Positions 46,915 to 56,389 of a stretch of DNA of 64,000 nucleotides are shown here, in pieces (the first letter of the stretch is position 1; each line of letters opens with the position of its first letter). The stretch lies in assembly GCA_950097015.1 (NCBI GenBank), contig CATNEN010000001.1, forward strand, positions 10,664,001 through 10,728,000, given 5' to 3'. The position numbers and the translations under genes are program-made. The DNA is from Macrostomum hystrix (taxonomy: Eukaryota > Animalia > Platyhelminthes). Under the pieces are notes generated by a model. The model saw nothing but the letters and a program-made list of their open reading frames with translations. It had not been told where the DNA came from and made no database searches.

Positions 46915-49900
46915 ATGTCCGACCAGGAGGATGAGGTCGTCGAGGTGATCGGCGCCCCCCGTCCAACCAAAAGTAGGGCTGCCTCCGCAGAAAGGTGCCA
47001 GGAAAGGCGCCCCCTGCCTGCAACTGCAGCCCCGGGTACCCCTAGAACGGACCCGTGGGAGGTCCATCGCTGCCTTCTCGAAATGCTGCAGTCCGTAAGG
47101 TCCGACTTGCAATCGCTTAACGGCCCGGTGCACTCCCCGGTGTTGCGGCACTCGGTGGCCACCCAGACGGAAGGTGAACGGCCGCAGGCGGTCAGGCCGG
47201 CGTGTGGTTTCCGAATCCCGGTAGAGCCATTCGACCAAGGTCGCTCCGACATTGCCTCTTGGATGCTTCGACTGGAGGCAAAGTTTCAACTTGAGGAGGT
47301 CACCGACGATAGGGCCAGGAATGTGACCTGTTACAGCCTGTTGCCGGAAGAGATGCAGTTAGAAAGTCTCCTGACGGTTGACTTTGATGGCCCCTTTCAG
47401 CAGTTCCGGGCCAGGTTGCTAGACGGCTGTCTGGATTCCAGGTTGCCGGTAACTAAGAGGCGCACGGTAGAGCGACTGCAACCACGTCCGGGGGAGGCTC
47501 CCGAGGTGTTCTTAGTGCGGCTGAGGAAGCTCGTGGAGTGGGCTTATGCTGACTATCCAGAGGACTGGCGGCAGAACGAGCTCAAACAGCTCTATCTACA
47601 GAACGGCCACTTCGATTCCAAATTCGCTTTTGAAGCATTCTTGGCGAGAGACTGGACCCCGGAGGGCACGGTGTTTGAGCAGCGGAGGTCCGAGGAGGCT
47701 GACCACGTCGCGCACGAGATTGAAAGCGAGCAACTAAGTTCAGCCTCCGAGGACGCTTCGCTGTATCAGAGCTGTGCGTCCCCAGTGGGCAGCCCTCCTC
47801 GAGCCGCGGTCAGGGCGGTAGAGGCGGCAGACGAAGCTGGCCCCGCAGAATTCCGAAATGGAGTGGAGAAGGTGGGAGTCGGATCCCAACTAACGGCTGA
47901 ACAAGAAAGGCAGCTGGGAGACTTGTTGCGGGCCAACGCCGACCTGTTCGCCGACCAGGAGGAGGACCTGACGGTCACGACAGTGGTCCAGCATGAGATC
48001 ACGCTGACCGACCCTCGGCCCGTGAAGTCGGCGCCGCGGAGGATTCCTCAGGCCTACCTCGAGGAGGTGCAGCAGATGGCCAGGGAGTGGTTGGAGGCAG
48101 GGAAGGCCAGTCACTCGGCCAGTCCTTACTGCTCGCCGCTGGTGCTGGTGAAAAAGAAGGACGGCTCCCTCCGCGTCTGCATTGACTATAGGGAGCTCAA
48201 CGAGCGGAGTGTGTCAGAGGTCACACCGCTGCCGCGCATCGACGAACTGCTGGCATCGTTGCATGGGTCCTCCTATTTCACCACCCTGGATCTCCGCAGC
48301 GGGTACCACCAAGTGCCTATGCATGAAACTTGCAAACCATACACCGCATTCGCCGTCCCGGGAGTCGGGTTACTGCAGTGGAATGTGATGCCATTCGGGC
48401 TGAAGGGCGCACCAAGCACGTTCTCTCGTTTGATGAACCTGGTGCTGGCAGGCGTGCCGCAGCATGAGGCCATGGCGTACATCGACGACGTCATCGTGCA
48501 CTCTGCTACCTTCGAGGAACACCTAGTCCGGCTCCAGAAGACATTCGACCGTCTGCGGGCGGCTAACCTGAAGATGAAGCCGTCCAAGTGCTTCCTTGCA
48601 CAGCCCGAGATCTCTTTCCTAGGGCACGCGGTGTCGGGAGCGGGCATCGCGACGGACCCTCATAAGACATGTGCGCTGTCCACGTGGCCACGACCGCGTA
48701 CAGCCACCGACGTCCGCTCATTTTTAGGCGCGGTGGGCTACTACCGTGATTTCGTGCCGGAGTACAGCTGCCTCTCGGCGCCTCTTTGCGAACTCACCAA
48801 AAAGGGCCTTGTGGATGTGGAGCCCCTCTGGGACGACCGGCACGAGACCGCGTTCGAAGAACTGAAGGCGCGGATGGTCGAGGCGCCCGTGCTGGCCCAC
48901 CCAAGTTTCGAGAAGGGCGCAGGGCGTTTCATACTCGACTGTGACGCCAGCCTGGAGTCCTTGGGGGCGGTGTTGAGCCAAGAACAGCCGGACGGGACGG
49001 AGAGGGTCTTGGCCTATGGCAGTAAGGCATTGTCCGCATCTCAGCGGAACTATTGCGTCACAAAACTAGAAATGCTGAGCCTCGTGTACTTCACCAGGAA
49101 GTACAGGTATTACCTACTGGGCCGCCGGTTCCTGGTCCGAACCGACCACAGCTCCCTCCAGTGGCTGAGGAGCTTTAAGGAGCCAACTGGCATGTATGCT
49201 CGGTGGGTGCAGCACCTGTCGCTATACGACTTCGACCTGGAGTATAGGAAGGGCAGCCTCCATACCAACGCCGACGCATTGAGTCGCCGGCCTAGACAGA
49301 GACACGGAGATTGCCCCGTTTGCCGGCCGTTGGAGCCCGGCAGTGAGGAAGAGAGTGAGGACGAAGGCGTGGTGGTAAACGCCGTCGCGGCGCAGGCAGT
49401 CATGGAACCGCCGCTGCAGCCCGAGGAATTGCTGGCCCAGCAGGTCGCCGACCCGGTGATCCATTGGATACTGCAAGCTAAGGTCAACGGTTTGGCCGCC
49501 CCAGACCCGGCCGCGGTCCCGGAGTTGACCGCCAAGCAGAAGGTCGCTTTGAAGAAGCTGTTGCCCTACTGGGACCTCTTGAGGGTGGAGGAGCAGCTGC
49601 TCAAAATCCAGGTGCACGCTCCCCCCCGGCCGCCGCTGTGGCTGCTCCCAGCAAGCCTCGACGAACAGGCTTTTCACTCGTGCCATAACGGGAGCTTAGC
49701 CGGGCATTTCGGGCGTCAAAAGACCCTGGCGCGTGTCGCCCAGTGGTTTTGGCGACCAGGACTCCGCGCTTCGATGCAGAAGCTGTGCGCGCAGTGCCAC
49801 GCCTGCCTGTGCAGCAAGAAGGGCCGCAGAGCTCAGGCTCCGCCGCAGCCATGGGAGAAAAGCCCGAAGTTCTCACGGATCCACCTAGACTTTGTCGGCC

Positions 49901-51057
49901 CCCTCGGTCGCGGCGGTCAGAGCATCCTCACGATCGTGGATAGCTACTCCGGCTGGGTCGAGGCGTTTCCTGTGGCCAACCAAACCGCTAAGGCAGTCAC
50001 GAGGATCCTGTCCACAGAGTTCATCCCACGGTTCGGGGTGCCCGATTGGATCCACAGTGACCAGGGCGCTCAATTCGAATCGAGCCATTTCCGCGACTTT
50101 TGTCGGAAGCTGGGCATTCGAAAGACCAGGACCACGCCCTACCACCCACAAGGCAACGGCATGGCGGAATCCCAGCACCGCACCCTGAAGGCGCTGTTGA
50201 CAACGGCCGTGGGCCGACACCACGAGAAGTGGAAGGCTCACCTGGGCGCTTGCCTTGCCGCCATGAGGTCCGCCGAACACTCCTTGACCGGATTTTCACC
50301 TTTCTTCTTGGTGTATGGGCAGGAAGCCCGGCTGCCCGTAGACGTGGCACTGGCCGCGCCGGCCGAAGCACCTGCGCCCCATCATTACGCGGAGCAGCTC
50401 TTGCAGAACCTGGAGGAGGCTCAAGTGCAGCTGCAGGAGCAATTTAACCAGAAGCTCCAGGCGCAGGCCCGAATGGGGGACAGGCAACGAAAGACGGAGC
50501 TCGAGGTAGGGGCCGTTGTGTACCTGGCCCGCCATCAGATCGAAGGCTGGGAGATTCCCAAATTTCACCAGGCCTACTCGGGACCATGGAAGGTGGTCGC
50601 GAAGCCGGGCGTGTCGATTTACGACGTCGCGCCGGTGACCCCGCAGCCCGGCCGACAACAGACGTACCGGGTGCACCGCGACAACTTGCGAGCTGTTCCC
50701 AAGGAGGCCGGGGAAGTCCGACCAACCCAGGAGGCGGGCGAGAGGCAACCAAGGCAGGTGCAGCGTGGGCCCGGGCGGCCGCCCGTGAGGCCCAGGCCAG
50801 CCTCACCCCCGCCGAGGATGTTGAGGGCGGAAAGCGAGTCCGAGGACCAGTGGAGCGACGGCTCCGACTCCGAGGAAAGCTGGTTGGGCCCCGAGGAACC
50901 GCCGCCGCAAAGAGTGGACGAGGGTCCGCGAGTGTTGAGGCCCCGGAATGGCATCCGACCCCCCGAGCGCTGGGGCTATGTCCGGAGGATTCTCCTCGGT
51001 GAACCCGAGTCCGACCCGGAGTCCTGGGCGAGGACCAACGGCCACGACCCGGGCTAG
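46915..51057 (+). CDS. Single Gag(capsid)-RT-RNase H-integrase polyprotein, no protease or CCHC motif
   Basis: Capsid-like LQPRPGEAPEVFLVRLRKLVEWAY; RT CIDYRELN and YIDD; RNase H ILDCDAS and RTDHSSL; integrase HHCC, HLDFVGP, HSDQG, AES; no D[ST]G-type protease motif between capsid and RT. Confidence 0.95.
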   Translation: MSDQEDEVVEVIGAPRPTKSRAASAERCQERRPLPATAAPGTPRTDPWEVHRCLLEMLQSVRSDLQSLNGPVHSPVLRHSVATQTEGERPQAVRPACGFRIPVEPFDQGRSDIASWMLRLEAKFQLEEVTDDRARNVTCYSLLPEEMQLESLLTVDFDGPFQQFRARLLDGCLDSRLPVTKRRTVERLQPRPGEAPEVFLVRLRKLVEWAYADYPEDWRQNELKQLYLQNGHFDSKFAFEAFLARDWTPEGTVFEQRRSEEADHVAHEIESEQLSSASEDASLYQSCASPVGSPPRAAVRAVEAADEAGPAEFRNGVEKVGVGSQLTAEQERQLGDLLRANADLFADQEEDLTVTTVVQHEITLTDPRPVKSAPRRIPQAYLEEVQQMAREWLEAGKASHSASPYCSPLVLVKKKDGSLRVCIDYRELNERSVSEVTPLPRIDELLASLHGSSYFTTLDLRSGYHQVPMHETCKPYTAFAVPGVGLLQWNVMPFGLKGAPSTFSRLMNLVLAGVPQHEAMAYIDDVIVHSATFEEHLVRLQKTFDRLRAANLKMKPSKCFLAQPEISFLGHAVSGAGIATDPHKTCALSTWPRPRTATDVRSFLGAVGYYRDFVPEYSCLSAPLCELTKKGLVDVEPLWDDRHETAFEELKARMVEAPVLAHPSFEKGAGRFILDCDASLESLGAVLSQEQPDGTERVLAYGSKALSASQRNYCVTKLEMLSLVYFTRKYRYYLLGRRFLVRTDHSSLQWLRSFKEPTGMYARWVQHLSLYDFDLEYRKGSLHTNADALSRRPRQRHGDCPVCRPLEPGSEEESEDEGVVVNAVAAQAVMEPPLQPEELLAQQVADPVIHWILQAKVNGLAAPDPAAVPELTAKQKVALKKLLPYWDLLRVEEQLLKIQVHAPPRPPLWLLPASLDEQAFHSCHNGSLAGHFGRQKTLARVAQWFWRPGLRASMQKLCAQCHACLCSKKGRRAQAPPQPWEKSPKFSRIHLDFVGPLGRGGQSILTIVDSYSGWVEAFPVANQTAKAVTRILSTEFIPRFGVPDWIHSDQGAQFESSHFRDFCRKLGIRKTRTTPYHPQGNGMAESQHRTLKALLTTAVGRHHEKWKAHLGACLAAMRSAEHSLTGFSPFFLVYGQEARLPVDVALAAPAEAPAPHHYAEQLLQNLEEAQVQLQEQFNQKLQAQARMGDRQRKTELEVGAVVYLARHQIEGWEIPKFHQAYSGPWKVVAKPGVSIYDVAPVTPQPGRQQTYRVHRDNLRAVPKEAGEVRPTQEAGERQPRQVQRGPGRPPVRPRPASPPPRMLRAESESEDQWSDGSDSEESWLGPEEPPPQRVDEGPRVLRPRNGIRPPERWGYVRRILLGEPESDPESWARTNGHDPG

Positions 51058-52423
51058 GGAGAAGTAGTTTCCACTGCGGGCGCCCCAGAGCGCTCACTCG
51101 GCCGTGCTAGGCGACCAAGCCCCACTGGAATTTCGTGGCAAAGCCCCCGCCCTTCCGTTACTTCTCCCCTTTAGTAAAATGCGCACTCTGCACTTTTTGC
51201 TCCTTTTCTCCTATTGTGCACGCCTTCCTTTTTCATCAAAGCCGCCTTGGCACAAAAATCTCATAAAAATTCTTATAATTTAGCCAGAAACCCAAAAACA
51301 TACCTAGTGGGGTGAAATTCCCCTAGTACTTTTTCGCATGAGATGCCTATCTAATTGTAGCAATCTAGGGCATGCACCTTCTTTTCTCAAAGAGCATTTT
51401 ACTTTTATTCGCACCACATCATGCATGGCACCTTTGCCTTATCTTGCTTCATATTGGTGGGTCTGTGGGAGTTCAATTTAGGACAACTTCTAACTTAGGA
51501 GGGGCACCAACCCGCTAAAGTGAGCGGGGTGGTATGCCATGGGAAATTCTATGTTTCTTTAAGGGAGGGAAGGCGGTTTCAAATCAAAAAGGCCATCTCG
51601 GCGCCAAACCCTCTTAAAAACTCATATAAACTAATCAAAATCCAAAAACATACTTAGTGGGGTGAAACTCCCCTAGTACGAATTTTCGCATGAAATATTT
51701 TCGTAATAACTGCCGCAAACTAGGGTTCGCACCTACTTTTCGCAAACTTGCTTATCTTACATGTTCTCTATGCTTGGTTTCGGGAGTTTAGCTATACCGG
51801 CTTCTATTTAGGGGGTATACCAACCCGCTAAAGTGAGCGGGGTGGTATGTTTCGGGAATTTTCTTCTTAATGTTTGTTTAAAGAGTGGGCGGTCGTAAAT
51901 CAAGAGGCCGGTAGGATCAGGTATTCGAACTCTAGGGGGAAAACAATCTGGCTGTTTCAATGAACGACAGATTTTAAAAATGATAACTTTTCCTTTGTTA
52001 GGATTAGGAGGGTCAGAAAAAAACCTTATTTGGGAGCCAGAAGTTAGCAGTTGGGCATTCAAATCTAGGTGCCTGGAGGGGTAGAATAGTAATAAATCGT
52101 ATGAATTAAGGTTCCAGACGTTTTAAAAACTCATTAACAGTCTATCAGTTAGTTTTTTCGGTTACTAGGCGGTTGTAAAACTTGAGCAGTAATGTTTCGT
52201 CTAGGAAAGAAGACGGGTGAAAATAGTGAGCCCTCTTTCATATTTCAAATGGTGGCGTAAAAGAAAAGGAGCCAGGGATTTTTGCATGTTTATTTCGTTA
52301 TGCATAGAAAGTTCATTTAGCACCAGTCGTGGTATATGAGTCTGTGTGGGTGCGGAGGCTGATCATGTGCTGATAGGTGGGCCGGGGCGTCGTAGGAGTG
52401 AAGGTGGCGCGACTGGGTGGCTC

Positions 52424-53056
52424 TCACAGAAAGTACGAGATGAAGCCCAGAACAAGGGCCACGGCGATCATGGCGACTGCCAGAGCTGCGCCTAGTGGGC
52501 CCCGGATAAAGCCGGGGGCTATCGCGGCCACGTCCTCCTCGCGGCCTTCGGGCACGTTAATGTCTGGAGGGGTAAGGTGGATGAGTAGCTTAGTAAACGG
52601 GCAGCGATGGTTCGTAGGGGGAAGTCGCAAATAGTGGAACCCAAGTTGGGTGGGAGAGCATGACAGAAAAAAACATCTAACTTACTCATCACGAATGATA
52701 AGGCAATGGGATCGCCTGAGCTGGCCCGGCGCCGAGGCGGATTTAAAAATCCGGGCAGGTAATCGCTGGAAATGGAAGGAGGGTGTGGCCAGATTAGGCG
52801 GGGACAAAATAGTATTGACAATTGCAATCCAAATAACTCAATTTAATCAATCTTTGGCTGGGGAAGGGTTTTTCCCTTATTGGGTCGGGGTCAATTTCAG
52901 ATTTTTGGGGATCAGTAGGCGTGCCGTGGGTAAGGGGGATTTCGTTATTCTAATTCTTATGCAATAACCCTCGCAATAATCCTTAAATAACCGGCCTTGG
53001 GGGGGCCGAGTAGAAGTAATAACTCACCTTTCGTCTCCAGGTTGCTGCTGGGCCAT
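52424..53056 (-). CDS. Antisense three-exon accessory gene, 82-aa protein with a C-terminal transmembrane helix. Exons 53056-53028, 52765-52686, 52563-52424
   Basis: ACCACAATGG start; donors AG|GTGAGT and A|GTAAGT; acceptors CCTTCCATTTCCAG and CCTTACCCCTCCAG; 29+80+140=249 nt in frame; TATAAAAG at 53213-53206; AATAAA at 52294-52289. Predicted only. Confidence 0.72.
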
Positions 53057-53989
53057 TGTGGTTTCGGACGAACGAGTATGATAGCGGTAGCTTATGTTTA
53101 GGCACTTCGGTAGCTTATGATAATGCACTTCGAAAGAAGAGACTGGATTGCGGTGAAATTTTCAAGAGATAACAGGCTTGAGGTTAATGGGGCGTCAAGA
53201 GTTTGCTTTTATAGGGCTAATTTAGGGAGACGTGGCGGTCTAACCGCCAGCCAATGGGAGCAAAGTGGGGATTCCGGGCAGAACCAGTTTAGGGGGCCCA
53301 TAGTAACGGTTTAGTTGTTGGGGCCCTGACCTTTTCGGTGAGGAGACACCTCGGCCGGCAACAGCATCACAAGCGGCCTGAGCAGCGGTTTCCCCAGCTG
53401 CGACCAGCTGCAGCGCCGATTGGGCCGCGCGCAACGGCTAGGCAATCGGCCCGGCGAACATTCCCGGGCACGGCCAGCCGGAAACATCTGGAGCGCGCGG
53501 CGAATCAGAGGCTACCAACGCCCGGCAACAGGATCGGTGAGGACGCAGAGCGGGTCAGCCAATCTGGAGCCACCTGGTGAGAGCACGGCCGGACCCTCGG
53601 ACTTAAGGAGGAAAACGGCCGGAGCGTCCCAGGATTGCGCAACCGCGACCAAGCCGGGCAGGGAAAGACGGGGACAGCTGCAGCCACCTGGAGGAGAAGG
53701 CGAATCGGGACACGGCACCCCGGGACAGCGAGAACAACTCTAACTCAGCCGGAATGCGCACCCACCTCCCCTCAGGACTCTATCCCTTAGTTGCTAGGGG
53801 CGCCGACCTTTACACTCTCGCACACAATCTATTTATAGCAGTATTGTTACGTACGATGACCTAGGATTTCTTCTCTAGCGGATTTCTTCTTAAGGTTCTT
53901 TACGGTATACAGTAGGGTAATGTAAGTTTTTGCCCCCTCGATTCGCGGCACACCCCACTACTGACAGTAAGCACGTAAGTGCCTTACGT

Positions 53990-54009
53990 GAAAGTGAGCG
54001 AAGGCGGTG
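53990..54009 (+). promoter_or_regulatory. Imperfect polypurine tract of element 2
   Basis: GAAAGTGAGCGAAGGCGGTG immediately before the 3' LTR. Confidence 0.65.
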
Positions 54010-56347
54010 TGATGTGGAGTGTACTTCGGAATCGAGTGGGGTTGTGAGCCAGCCTAATTTTTCCAATTTTTAGCAAGTCAATAATCGCGACCCACATAGC
54101 AGCTGGCCGCAGAACACCATCATTAATCTTAGGGCCAGACATTGGGCGGAGGTGAATTAAGTAGCCGCCGATTCCCTTTGTCTCGGATCTGTCTAGTCCC
54201 CTGTAGGAGTGACTGATCGCGGAAATAGCAATACTGTATGGACTAGTTTAGGTCATAATTCCCCTCCAAGCCGCGATCAGATTGTCGGGATCACTCATGC
54301 GTTTAGAGTGAGCTTTAATTCTTCATGTCCCTCTTCTTTACTGTAACCCGAGCCGGGGCTCGATTATGACCTTTCCCCCTTTAGATACATGTAACGACAC
54401 TATAGGCAGGTCGGCGCCTGCGCTTCCCATATCCCGGCGGGATCACAATCATTGGCCGACTGCCGGCAGACGCTCCTAGTGGGGCATCTGGCGATTCTCG
54501 CCGCCGCTTCAGTGGGCAATTGGGGTGGCATAATGCCGACCCGATTCCTCGCTGACAGGCTGGCGAGCATGTGGGTTATTTTGATGAATGCGAGGTTGGC
54601 GGAGCTGCAGGACTATTTAAGAAAGCGCGCTGCGCTGCCCCTAGGACAACCTTTTTCCTTTTTCCGGGAGCCTTTCCCGGCGACCTACCTTTAACCTACC
54701 GAACTTCCCTTCTCACCTTTTTCCCTACCTGTCTGGTCCCGGAACACGGTCCGCGGACTCTCCCCCTGAAAAGCTAGAACTTAGCCCCTGAGCCTAAGGC
54801 TCCTGAGAATAGCCACAGGTAAATTACCTGCATAGCCCCTGAGCAGTTAAGCCACCTCTTTGGGTGAGCTCCAATTGAGCCGTGTGCTCCTGCGATTTGG
54901 TCCCTTGCCAATCGCACTAGGCACCCCCGTCCCTACTTCCTCTTTCAATTGCCTTTCCCAGCGAGACCAACGGCCTGCAGTCTGTCAACCAGCATCGCAG
55001 ATAAGTAACCCGCGTAGCGGACTTTTATTGCTATCCCTAAGGGATTTATTATCTAGCTAGTGGGCAATTGGGGCAAGGGCAGGGTTTTGATTCTAGCCTA
55101 ATAAACTATTATTCATCTTAGTCGCCAATCATTTAACTATTAGGCAATTTAGTAACAATTTAAATCACTTTCTATCATGCTGTTATTTCCCCTTTATTTT
55201 CTCATTGGACAGCCCTCAATCATGAGTGGCTAATTCACTAGGGGAATGGGCTCTGGCGAGGCCGAGCTGAAAGCTGCGGCAAGAAGGCTACTGTGAGCGC
55301 GCATGAGAGTAATATGGAGCTAGGAATTTGCGAGCTAAATGCGGGATGTAGCGTGTGCATTTCTGCCTACGAGGTGGGGGATTCCTTGGCCGGCTTTCCT
55401 CACTCTCTCGGCGGGTTCCAGTGTATGCGTCAAGTTCCTTTGCCAATTTGAATTCTCCCTCTTTTCCCCGCCTTTCGCAACCGCGGCCATGGGAGCGAGA
55501 GGCGTGATCTAATAATTTCCTGCTTGCATAATCACTCAGCCAGTGTTCAGCTTAATCTCTCCTGCCTCTGTTCTCCTCAACTCACACAGAATCGGCTTGC
55601 TAGTTATCTAATGAGTAGGCTGCAGTCTAATGTACGGAATGTGTCTAATGTCTCATGAGTAGGATTCTGGCTATGGATTTCTCATTCGGGTTCGGAGTAC
55701 CACCTTTCTAGACCACTGTAGCGCAGTTTCAGGAATCCCCTTGTGAGGCGTGACTCGATCCATTCTGGGGTTCTCACCCTAGTCTAAAACGGAAGTTACA
55801 GAATGCTCTATTTTTCGGCTTGTCTAAGATCTGTGTGACAAACTGGGAGCTGCGAGCTCCGGGGACCCAAGTTCCCAAATGTCTGCGGTGGCAACGTAGG
55901 CGCATTGGGTGGTGGCGCTACCTTCGATCATTATCCGCTTTGCCGATAGCCTTTCCGCATTTCTAAGACAAGAGTCTAGGCCGAGTCGACCACTGCTACC
56001 AAAGTTAGGAGTCAGTTACGAACATGCTACTGATGACAGTAGGCTATCTAGCCCTGTCCTATTCGCTTGCGGGTAGTCCGACATCTATTTAGACTTTTAG
56101 CCGGTTTCGAGCACTGCTTGGGGTGGGCACGGCAGTCATGCCTGTGGCCTATGGGTTGGGTGGGACTGGCCAGCCTGAGGCCAATAGGACCACTCACTTG
56201 CATCCTTTGTACCGCCTCATCTCTCCCTTCATCTCTCCCTTCATCCCTCCCTTCGTCATCCCTCTCTGCGACAACTCGCGGCAGCAGCGATCGACCTCCG
56301 ACTCTATCGTCGTTTTCCACACTCCTATCTTTCATGAGGGCGGTCAT
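54010..56347 (+). repeat. 3' LTR of element 2, truncated by 28 bp
   Basis: Matches 43210-45547, then diverges abruptly after CGGTCAT. Confidence 0.95.
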
Positions 56348-56389
56348 TCTATGAAAATAGAATAAAAGCAGGATATAAAAAACGCAAAC

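Larger units (their letters stand above)
43210..56347 (+). mobile_element. Ty3/Gypsy LTR retrotransposon (element 2): very long LTRs, protease-less single ORF, 3-kb accessory 3' region
   Basis: Direct repeats offset by exactly 10800 bp (only one mismatch noticed, 44525/55325); tRNA-Leu PBS; intact 1380-aa ORF; the last 28 bp of the 3' LTR and the right TSD are lost. Confidence 0.96.
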
